A DNA stretch of 63,546 nt, filler included, from Sphaeroforma arctica JP610 (Eukaryota): NCBI RefSeq assembly GCF_001186125.1. It is 8 parts of 2 records of this genome, joined end to end, with 100 filler letters (N's around TTAATTAATTAA, not from the genome) between each part and the next. Parts side by side here need not be neighbours in the genome. Positions count along the whole stretch, not along the records: positions 19,678 to 29,223 come from NW_014040549.1; positions 29,324 to 39,808 come from NW_014040549.1; 6 more parts are not named here. The stretch is one strand, 5' to 3'. Every line of letters begins with the position of its first letter. Positions within the stretch are counted from its first letter, which is position 1. The notes under the pieces are model-generated. The model was not told where the DNA came from. It saw only the letters and a list, made by a program, of their open reading frames with translations, and did no database searches. Made by a program: the position numbers and the translations under genes. This document shows, piece after piece, positions 26,770 through 37,126 of this stretch.

Positions 26770-27890
26770 TCAGCCTTTAACTACATACGGGCCAAACAGT
26801 GGGTGCATGGCTTTGGAAGTTCGGCCCTCCAATTTTACCATTACTACATCGCCTGCATCAAAGTGGACTAAGTCATGGGCGTGTAGCCGGTCAAACGTTT
26901 TCGTCAATTTATCCGTATAAGTTGTAGTGATCTTATGCAGCGTAGGCAAAATTGTATCCTGGAGCTGGTCCAACCGTTGTGCCCACGTGTCATTAGTAAC
27001 CAGTTGTTGTTCTGGGACGTCATCGGTGAAGTCCGCAAACGGCACGTGTCGACGGCCGAAATAAACACTAAACGGCGCGCTCTTGTGCCGTCGGGAGATT
27101 CGGAAGTTCTGGTACAGCATTGTGAAAGGTAAACGTTCGTCCCATGCTTGGGGTACTGCCTCACAGACGATGCGTATCGACCGTGTTATCTCCTTGTGCC
27201 GACGTTCCGTTGCCCCCAACACCTGTGGTCTATAAGGTGGTGATACATTGTAAAGTATACTCACTTCCTTTACAATGAGGGCGACCATGTTGCTCGTAAA
27301 CTCATTACCCATGTCAGTATCTTGCGAGGGAATCCATGTTCGCCAAAGATTGACATCAGTATCCGCGCGGTGGTTTCCTTAGTCTTATCGGGTGTAGCAC
27401 GTAAGATCGAATAGCCGGAAGCCACATCTAACACATGGAGGACAAATTTATTCTGTCGTGTGGACGTGACCGGCATTGTAATATAATTCACCTGGATGTG
27501 ATCCCACGGGTGCCTTGCGTCAATGCTCATCATCGGATGGAAACCTTTACGTAGTGTATCTTGGCCCAAACACTGTCCACATTGTCGCTTAATCTCTGTT
27601 GCCAGTTCTAATGCCCCCGGCCAGACGTGCCCGTTCTGGTGTAACTGTTGGACCGTATCGGCAGCGCCGTGGTGGCCTTGCTCGTGCTGCGCCTGTGTGA
27701 GTTGTGTACGTCGTTGTTGCTTCATTTGTGTGGTATTCGCAAAGGCCGGTTGTGCCGCATCACTAGTTAATGCCACTGAGATCTCTCGTGACGTATCCAA
27801 ACATTGATAGTGTGGTGTGTATCGAGGTTCGGCATAGCCCAACCGTTGTGTAAAGCTCTCGGCTAGCTGGAAACCTGACGGCTGCCCCAC
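26770..27890 (-). pseudogene. Integrase (HHCC zinc finger, rve core, GPY motif), frameshifted near 27310
   Basis: HEQGH...CGQC; PWDHIQVNY; FGEHGFPRKILT/DMGNEF; PYRPQVLGATERRH; FGPYVV. Confidence 0.92.
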
Positions 27891-27898
27891 TCGTGCAA

Positions 27899-28290
27899 TT
27901 ACTGTGTGGCCCCATGGAGTCTTCTCACAGGCATACTTTGCATACTTAAAAATGTATGCGGGGTCCGTGGTACTAATACTGGTTCGGCTTGCAACAATGA
28001 TTTGAACAGGTCAAACCATGTGGCTCGAGGAGTCCAGGGTAGACACACTGTTGCTGTAGCCCCGTCTGCTTTGATCTTCCGAAGCATGCGGTGTATCAAC
28101 TTCCACGGCGGGTTCATCCACCCGTCGACTAACGCCCAGTCATGATCAAACGCGCCGTTGCGTTCGTTCTTTGCCCAAAACCTAGGAAGCTGTGTATTGC
28201 GGGGTGCTGCGAACACATCGATGTTGTTATGTCCAAAGATACGTTGTGCTTGTTCGAAGTAGCTGGTAAATAATTGCCAACAGTCTGCAT
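27899..28290 (-). CDS. DNA amino-methyltransferase domain (phage Dam/DIRS MT-like, probably N6-adenine) within pol
   Basis: DCWQL...FG..NIDVFAAPRNTQLPRF...GAFDHDW...WMNPPWKLIHRMLRKI...TVCLPW..RATWF: SAM-binding DxFA motif and catalytic NPPW motif. Confidence 0.88.
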
Positions 28291-29107
28291 ATAGGAACTC
28301 TGGCACGTCTGTTTCCGCAGTCCCTTCATGTATGCGACTCAGCATATTCGGTATGACATTCTTCTCCCCAGGTATATGTGAGATTGTGAAGTTGAAGGGC
28401 GCTATGATATGGTGCCACCTCTGTAGCATGGGATTTAGTTTCAGTTGGGTGTTCATATATACTAATGCCTTGTGATCCGTAAACACCGCGAAGCGTTGTC
28501 CGTCGAGATAGTCGCGGAAGTGCGTCAAACCGTAAACCAACGCCAGGAGTTCCTTCATCGGTGTTGCATAGTTCTGTTGAGCCTGATTGAGGGTCTTGCT
28601 GAAGAACATTAGGTAGTGCTTCTTGCCCTCCACCCACTGAAACAGTGCTCCTCCTAGTCCGTAGTCACTCGCATCCGTCTCGAGGTTGAAGGGGACGTCA
28701 TCCACCGGGAAGTGTAGTGCGACCGCGTTGACTGTTGCGTCCTTCATTGCTTTCCACGCGTCCGAATGTCGTTGTTCCCACCGCTCTCTAATTAGTTCAT
28801 TCGGCTTCAGCTTGCAAAATTCCCGTAGGGGCGCTACCACGTGTGCGAAATTGGGTAAGTGTTCGTACAAGAACTTAGCTAACCCCAACGCGGAGGCAAT
28901 GTTCTTGTACCGCTGATGTATTGGCCAGTTGAGTAGTTTCCCCTGCTTCCCAAAGTCGACGTCAATCCCTGCCGCCGAACCCTTCTTGCCTAGTATCATA
29001 ACATCTGCAATTACGAAGTGGCACTTCGCCGGATTCAGTTTGAAACTGTGGTACGTCAGTCTTCTGATCACATCCTTTACTGTAACGATGTGCTCGTCGC
29101 AATACAT
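28291..29107 (-). CDS. Reverse transcriptase C-terminus and Ty3/gypsy RNase H (ORF 27899-29107)
   Basis: [38 protein letters not shown]...[21 protein letters not shown]. Confidence 0.95.
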
Positions 29108-29604
29108 ATATATATGTATATATATATGTATATATATATATACATATATATGTATATATATTTGTATATATTTATATACATATATATATACATATATATA
29201 TGTATTGCGACGAGCACATCTATNNNNNNNNNNNNNNNNNNNNNNNNNNNNNNNNNNNNNNNNNNNNTTAATTAATTAANNNNNNNNNNNNNNNNNNNNN
29301 NNNNNNNNNNNNNNNNNNNNNNNTAAATTTAAAGTTACTCCTTCAAGAGGTGTGTACAGTAGGTACCTGTATATGTATTCATCTATATCCACGTATGTGT
29401 TTTAGTTGTCGGACGATACTGTTACATAGATAATTACGCGTATGTGAAGATATGAAGTAGAGGTGCATATAACATTGTACACGTATATGGGGTGTGAGAA
29501 GACATGATGCACGTCAGCCATCGTGTATACGCGTACATACAAATATACTTATGTTTGCGTATAGTGAACACATAAACGCATGTGTGTCGTTTTATACACG
29601 TGGT

Positions 29605-30177
29605 AGTAAAATACCAACATAAAAGAGTTGGTCTAGTTCTATTAATAGACCTTTATTTAATTCCCAACTTTATGTATATCTGAATACTTCGGTAGCGAGA
29701 TGGCTCAACCGAATATAGGTTTCTAGGGACTATTAACGTTACCTAGTTGATCCTCCGATCAGCCAACCAGATGTGCCAGTCTGATGAAGGCTAAGTCGGT
29801 AATTCTTGATAAGTGGCATGTTATTGGTTAAGACAATAACTAAGGACATCAAGAGTTTTTATTTCTTTTATTTTTCTAAAGATAGGATTTTATGAGTCTC
29901 TCAGATTCGCCCCAACGAAACATACCAAAGTTTCTAATAGAGCGACAACGAAGCACTAAATAGAATCCCTTCGGCGGAAACAGTACCGAGAGGATTATAT
30001 ATAGGCAATGTCTCAGCCTCACAATTCCTCAGAGTATTGCTGTTTTCACGAGGCATACCTAACTTTACTAAATGTCTTATTTCGTTTATTTACTTTGATA
30101 TTTTCACGGTACTTAGAATTTACCGACGTGTTTATTTATTCTAAGGCGTTAATATCGCCTTGAGAGACTGAATCTTA
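29605..30177 (+). repeat. About 570-bp direct repeat, copy 1 (family B 5' leader)
   Basis: Highly similar to 32869-33437; lies upstream of gag. Confidence 0.9.
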
Positions 30178-30306
30178 TACATTTTAAAGTTAGCAAAGGT
30201 ATTAATTACTTAGACTATTTAAGCGCAAAGGTAGATTAACTACCACAAAATTATTCTTGTCCAAGCTAGTCCTTAAGAGAACAGCTAGCAGTCATAAGTT
30301 AAGATT

Positions 30307-31167
30307 ATGACCAAGAAAGACAATACTCCTTCTAAGAAGCGTAGAGCTGAAAAGAAGAGGATGGATAGGGACGCCGCTACTGCAGCCGCATTTAACGCGA
30401 CCGCAGAAGAGGACAATCAATCCGTAACCGAAATTATTGCTACTGGTATTAATAACCAGAACAATACAACAGAGAAGGGTGAAGACACTCCATTAAGAGA
30501 GAAGTCCCCTTAAGTAAAAGCCCGCGGGCCAACTATTGCGTCTGCTTCGAAGCTTACGTTCACGAAGCCAAGAAGCCACGCGAAAGGATCGGTTAAGACG
30601 ATCCCTACTAAACCTGATGAGAACACTCAGAAGGATCTAACTCCAATTACGGAGAAAGGAGACAACCAGCTTAAGGGAGAGGATGAGAAGGAAAGCTCAG
30701 AGAGCCGACCCGAATCAGAACCAAACCAGCCATCGCACATAAGTAAGTTGATCGATGAGAACACTGAGCTTAAGAATCAGTTAGCCGCTATTAAGAAGCG
30801 AATGGCCTCGCAGGAGAAGGCGGTTGTTAAGAAACCGCGGGAGCACACCGATCACGGGTACGTATCCAGGCAGACCTCAAACGATAGACCCCAACATACA
30901 CGTGCTCGCGACTCCACTCTATCCACGCGACCCAATAAACGGGCACGCGCAGGAGCGAAGGACATGGAACCTCCATTTAAGGAGATTAAGAAATGTTCCG
31001 ACGCACAGTGTGGGTACGACATGTACCAATTAACCCTTAACGGTTATTGGGATGGCAGACATGCATCCACCTGTACACACTTTCTTATTAAGTGCGACAA
31101 GTGTGAGAAGACCAATGGCTATCACACTAAGTCTTGTGACAAAAAGCCCAACATTAAGTTGGAGTGA
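30307..31167 (+). pseudogene. Family B gag with one internal stop (30511-30513) and C-terminal Cys/His motifs
   Basis: ORFs 30307-30513 and 30748-31167 are in the same frame; CDKCEKTNGYHTKSC; directly precedes the protease. Confidence 0.7.
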
Positions 31168-32545
31168 AGGTACTACAAGGTACAATCATTACACAGACAA
31201 TACAACGACTCTTTAGATGAGCGTGTAATAATCCCTGTCTATTGCAATGGAAATAAAATACTTGCGTTGATTGACTCTGGTTCAGAAATATCATGTATAT
31301 CAGATCGCTTTGCATTAATGAAAGATATCGAAAGGAGAACACAAACAACTCACCTCATTTTAGGTGATGATAAAACTGCTAAGTGTGATACCATGGCCAC
31401 AGATGTTAAAATATCCTTGGCCGATGATAGGAATATCACTACCCAAGCTGTGATAGTTAAGATGTCACAGAAGTACGACATTATAGTCGGAATGAGCGAT
31501 TTACTCACTCTAGGTATAACCGTAACTGGTCTACCAAATAACATAGATCCATTAAAGGATCGATCAGACGATAACTGTCTGAATCCATATAAGCCCCCGT
31601 CAGACACAGTCAAGGCATTAATACCTGACTTTGCGAACAAAATCATGGATCTGATTCTAGCTAATAGGAAGATAAAGATCGCAGATTGGGCAAAATTCCG
31701 CTTTAACGACGGATATGTCAGCCTTGACTTAACCAAGGTAGACTTTACACAGTTAAAGTGTCCCTCAAGGAAATATGTATCCTGGAGACACGAGGCTGTG
31801 GTAAAAGAACAAGTTGAGAATTGGCTAGCAGATGGAGTGATAGAAATTAACTATCAACAGACGCCAGTTAACCTGGCGCTGCTAGCCGTATACCAACATG
31901 ACTCTGACGGATCGTTTAAGAAAGTCAGAGTATGTTTAAATATGAGTCCAATAAATAAATTTTTGCCGACTCATAGCTTTCACTTACCTCGTATTGACGA
32001 GCTACTGCGAAGGATGGAAGGTGCTACAGTATTTACAACTATAGACCTTACACAAGGATACCATCAAATGACATGGTCATCTTTTCCAAGACTAAGGGCG
32101 AACACGCCGCATTAGTCAGACGAGTCCATAAGAGACTCAACGAGCAAAACTTCAAGATTAACGAGAAGAAATGCCACTAAGCAATGAGCGAAATACAGCA
32201 CTTAGGCTACCATATATCTGGGGAAGGTATTAAAATCGACCACGGTAAGGTAGAACACCTGTTAGATTGGCGAACACCAACTACAGGAAGAGGTGTTAAC
32301 AGCATGTGTGGGGTTGTAAACTTCTTTTCAGATGGAGTACCACACTTGGCTGATTACCTTAAACCTTTTGGACACTTAAGATGTCATAAAGGCAAACTAG
32401 GAGACTTGTGGACTAAAGAGTGTGATGATGCGTTTAAAGCGCTCAAACACGCAGTCCAACAAGCCCCAGTTATACAAGGTCCAGTCGATGGCGTGCCGTT
32501 TGAAATAGCAACGGACGCCTCCGACTTAGCCTTAGGAGGAGTTAT
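31168..32545 (+). pseudogene. Family B pol: aspartic protease, RT (YxDD region deleted), RNase H start
   Basis: ALIDSGSEIS; KKVRVCL; LPRIDELL; FTTIDLTQGYHQ; HLGYHIS; IATDASDLALGG. Confidence 0.92.
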
Positions 32546-32679
32546 CCGCCTGAGAAGCATTAACTATATGTTATGCTACTTAATGTTTTCGACCCGTTTT
32601 TACTTTCTCGCTTTTTGACCCATAAATAGCCTGAGTGAGCAACTTGCTTCTCCTGGGTCTCAAACTGGGGGGGGGGGGC

Positions 32680-32833
32680 TGTGTAATAGCTGGGCCTCCA
32701 CATTAGACTCTATGTTATAAACGTACTCTTAAGCAGTACGTATTCTAAAAACGTACTCTTAATAGTACAAGGAACTTAAGTTTCCTAAATGGTTTTTAAT
32801 GGTTTTATTAATTAATACCTTTTCCATTATACA
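32680..32833 (+). mobile_element. Family B LTR (about 154 bp) preceded by a poly-G PPT
   Basis: G-run then TGTGTAAT...ATTATACA (imperfect terminal inverted repeat); same start as the minus-strand copy at 16289. Confidence 0.82.
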
Positions 32834-32868
32834 TATCAGATATTTGGACAAAGCCATTAAAAGGCCCC

Positions 32869-33437
32869 AGTAAAATACCAAACATAAGAGTTGGTCTAGT
32901 TCTATTATTTGAACTATATTTACTTTCCAACTTTATGTATATCTGAATACTTCGGTAGCGAGATGGCTCAACCGAATGTAGGTTTCTAGGGACTATTAAC
33001 GTTACCTAGTTGATCCTCCGATCAGCCAACCAGATGTGCCAATTTAATGAAGGCTAAATCGGTAATTCTTGATAAGTGGCAATTTATTGGTTGAGACAAT
33101 AACTAAGGACATCAATAGGATTTTTTCTTCTTCTTCTAAAGATAGGATTTTAAGAGTCTCTCAGATTCGCCCCAACGAAACATACCAAAGTTTCTAATAG
33201 AGCGACAACGAAGCACTAAATAAAATCCCTTCGGCGGAAACAGTACTGAGAGAATTATATATAGGCAATGTCTCAGCCTCACAATCCCTCAGAGTATTGC
33301 TGTTTTCACGAGGCAAACCCAACTTTACTAAATGTCTTATTTCGTTTATTTACATTGATATTTTCACGGTACTTAGAATTCACCTACGCGTTTATTTACT
33401 CCAAGGCGTTAATATCGCCTTAATAGACCGAATCTTA
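32869..33437 (+). repeat. About 570-bp direct repeat, copy 2 (family B leader following the LTR)
   Basis: Highly similar to 29605-30177. Confidence 0.9.
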
Positions 33438-33439
33438 CA

Positions 33440-36400
33440 ATGGAACGTGACACGAGATGGACACTTCTTGAGACCTTTGAGAATACACAAATCGCCGGGT
33501 TGGACAAGAGTTGGAGCCTTACATGGTTCCATAAAATATTATCTTACTTCAAAGCAGAGAAATCAACGCTGGACTATATACGCGACAACTTTGAACGGTT
33601 GAAGATGTGGACTCCACAATTACAACCCAAACAGATCTGCTCGCATGAGACGCAAGCCACAGTCGGCCCCGCGTTTCGCAAGCTGGCCAAGGGCCACAGT
33701 AAGAGCATGCACAGCCCCATCATGGAACAAATGACGCAGCTCGTGGGGGTGGGGCACGCGAACGGTGCCAAACTAATGCAGACTTTCAACAGAACTTATT
33801 AAGCCACTATATCGTACAATTGTTAGAGGAAGCACTCAATGGACGTACGTACGAACGCACTCGTCAATTACACCCGAAATGTCAATTAATGAAGACACAC
33901 GAGCTCCTGCAATTGTTGAGTCCCGACATTCAAGACACCCAGCAGCGTACTATGGCGCGTCTTCAGAACCGAACTAACAGGGAGAGACTTAAGACCAACG
34001 GGGCTCGTGACTATACTAACAGCCGTCCCAACCCTCAGACAGTGCGAAGACAGTCGCAGCATTGGGCACAGCGGCCCCAAACGACAACACCTACGATATG
34101 TGCCGGCTGTCAATCACAAGCACCACCGGGTATACGACATATTCCACGATGTCATCATTTTCGTGCAGCGCAGCCAGGGGTGACAATGGTCGGGCACGCC
34201 AATACGACCAGACCCGTCAGCCGCGAGATATACAACCTGCACACAGACCGGCAGCAACCCCGACCTCGGGACAAGGGTAGAACAATCCCCCGACACGGAA
34301 TTCACTACCACGCGACCAGCCTCTCATGTACAGGTGAACGCGATAACGCAGGATGTTAGTTTCGTACGACCACTAGAAGCAACCGAAGTACACATAAACA
34401 CAATACTCACAGAAAATTTTAATCACGCGACACCGGAACCAGACCATAACCACGGAGCATGGGAGTCGGTCACCGAACTCCAGTGAGATGTGAGGGTGTC
34501 TGAGACCGATATGAGCTTGACCTTTGTCAATACGATCAGTGCAGTTATGGCGATACAGGACCCATTGCTCTTACTTGATAGCCGAGTCTATATTCACGTA
34601 CAGGTCAAGGAGCGCACGTTCAAAGCGTTGATAAACACGGGGGCGAACAGAAGTTGAATATCACAGACATCCGCAACCCTCCTGGGCCGGCCAATAACTC
34701 CAGCACCACCTGGGTCATTCATCTACTTAGCTGACAAGACGGTACGAACTCTTCGACTGGGGACGACGGGAGTGTTACCCATTCGATATGGAACCAAAAT
34801 TATCGACGGATTACTTGCACCAATGAATATACTTGTGGGCATGGACATCATAGTGGATCAGAAAGGTTGGGCATATACAGAACTTGATGAGCTTCTCGAA
34901 CCCATCCCACGCCGACAAGCATCGAATACGACGGAGCCTGCCGATGCACACCAGCGGCTAGTACTAGACTTAGAGGCGAATGCGATGATTGTCCACAACG
35001 CGAGATGTCGTCTTGAAGGGAGTGAAGTCACCATTCCAGTTACACATGAACAGGCTATGCACATGCGTAGGTCTACGCGCAGCTTCGTATCCGACCAATG
35101 GCCACCCTGTGTCGACGAGCAATTGCGGAAGTGGTTGGCGGATCTAGAGAAGACAAAATGTACCACGCCTACGAAAGTGAACCTCTATCTTCTAGCGGTC
35201 CCGATGCTCGATGTGGAAGGAAACGTAAAGAAGGTGAGAGTGTGCTTAGACATGCGCGCCGTAAACGCGTTTATCCCTGGTGACCAGTTTATTCCAAAGG
35301 TCAAAGAACGTATATCTCGGCTAAAGAGTAAGAAGTACTACACAACTTTGAATATCACTGCAGTATACCATAGGCTGCCGATCCATCCAGACTCACAATA
35401 CTTTTGCAGTTTCACGCATGAGCGTTATCAGTACTCGTTCACATCAGCACCTTTCGGACTCCATGTACTCACGCAGCAGTTCTAACGTACACTGAGCACG
35501 TTACTCGACGGACTACCGGTCCATCACTAGCGACGATTATGACGAACATATTAAGACGGTGCATAAATTTATCCAATGCTTAACTTACCATAGCTTTAAG
35601 CTCAACCCCGCCAAGTGCCACTTTGCTATCGCCGAAGTTATGATCCTAGGGAAGAAGGTGTCTGCGCAAGGCATCGACATTGACCATGAGAAACAAGCAA
35701 AGCTACTCGACTGGCCTACCCCAACTACGGTACAATCACATAGCTTCTGCCTTAGGTTTGGTGACTACCTCCATGAGCATCTCCCCAACTTAGCGGACAC
35801 GGTCGCACCCTTACGAGAATTTTGCAATTTAAAACTGAAGAAGGAGTTATTAGCTTTGGTGTTTGGGCTTATACATTTCAGGGAACACCTTGATGGGCAA
35901 CGTTTTGCAGTCTTTACATATCACAAGGCCCTAGTGTATTTGAACACTCAGCTTAAACTTAATCCGATGTCACAGAGATGGCACCATATCATCGCACCGT
36001 TCAACTTCATACCAGGGAAGTCGAACGTGTTAACAGACATGTTGAGCAATAGTGATGGTGCGGTCTGAGGGTAGAATGACTAAGGCGATGCAGCCGCAGT
36101 TTGGACCACATGGGGTTAAGGCTAGAGTCCGTCAGCGATATGAGTTGGCTAATAGGGACGGCTCCGCCCATCCAGAATTCAAAGACAAACCAGTACGTGT
36201 TGAACTCCTCCGCTTAGTACATCGCAGCACAGACTCACCACCTAATGATGAGTTGTGGGCGGAAAGCGAAGTTGAGTTTCGCCATATTAGTACACCCCGT
36301 ACGAATGATGATACTGGGAAGATGGAATACTTGGTGAAATGGCGCAAAGGAGACCCTACGTGGGAAACAGCGGATGCATTTAACGATGCCAACGACATAG

Positions 36401-36956
36401 TGGGCTACCATAAGGCCTCGCAGACACGGTCACGTAAACGCCAAGGTACACAACTCTAATACTTTATACTAGAGTTTATCTACTAGATACGACGGTGCGC
36501 TCGAGCCGTGTACTTCGAGCCCTCTAGCTCTCAGATATTAAATGCCAGCACACTGCTCTAGCTCTCAGAGGAAAGATGCCAGCACCTTGCTCTAGTTCTC
36601 AGATGATAAATGCCAGCAACCAACTTTATATGTGTATTCCTTCTATGATCTCTAAACCTGGCACACTACTGTTTTGTAGTGCTTCAGCTTTTTTGGGGGG
36701 GATGTTGAGGTCGGAATACACCAGGTAGGGTCAAACTTAGGTATATTAGAGTTTATCAGAAGGATCTGATAAACTTAGTTTTACCGATTAATAGAATCGG
36801 CACATGACTCATCAATTAGAAAGTCATCGATTATAAAATCGGCACATGACTCATTAATTAGAGGAGTCAGTGATTTTTAAAATTGCTATTAAAAAAATAA
36901 CGTCTCGCTCGAGGAAGAACGTTGAGATACAAATACCGTAGCGTGTACTCACGACA
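33440..36956 (+). mobile_element. Second family A Ty3/gypsy copy, decayed: partial gag, protease, RT, partial RH, integrase tail/chromodomain, PPT, LTR
   Basis: [51 protein letters not shown]. Protein segments are close to those of the 26-29 kb copy. Deleted from the end of RH to the GPY region. Confidence 0.9.
36703..36956 (+). mobile_element. Family A 3' LTR
   Basis: Follows GGGGGGGA; TG...ACGACA; similar to 11405-11639. Confidence 0.85.
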
Positions 36957-37126
36957 TCGATTTCGTTTCAAGAAGCCAATGCTTTTATCGTACGCATACA
37001 CGAACAGGACTTGACAGAAATGTATTGGCATGCATATAGTTCAAGCCTTCAGTACCTTTTGCAATACAGGTTCGTGAATTTGAACGCAAAGTTGAATTCA
37101 TAGAGATGCTACAGTATGAGAATCCG

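Larger units (their letters stand above)
25930..29107 (-). mobile_element. Family A Ty3/gypsy (chromovirus-like) LTR retrotransposon carrying a DNA methyltransferase domain; 5' part missing at the contig end
   Basis: Order RT-RH-MTase-INT-chromodomain, then 3' UTR repeats, PPT GGGGGGGA and LTR TGTGGTC...ACTACA, all on one contig. Confidence 0.92.
29605..32833 (+). mobile_element. Family B Ty3/gypsy element, internally deleted (leader, gag, protease, partial RT/RH, 3' UTR, PPT, LTR)
   Basis: Domain motifs listed in the sub-features; RNase H TDASD is joined directly to the 3' UTR, with no integrase. Confidence 0.9.

Noticed and set aside
27899..29107. Interpreting the RT-RH-MT ORF as an ordinary DIRS element
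   Set aside because: No tyrosine recombinase seen; RNase H motifs are Ty3/gypsy-type and lead into a DDE integrase, chromodomain, PPT and TG..CA LTR.
29087..29221. Perfect inverted repeat GATGTGCTCGTCGCAATACATATA around a TA microsatellite
   Set aside because: At a contig end in low-complexity sequence; most likely an assembly or library fold-back artefact. It also makes the ORF start MYCDEH unreliable.
11401..36960. TCGA before the 11405 LTR and after the 36956 LTR as the target-site duplication of one giant element
   Set aside because: Only 4 bp, the LTRs are visibly diverged, three contig gaps intervene, and the 26 kb LTR has a different flank.
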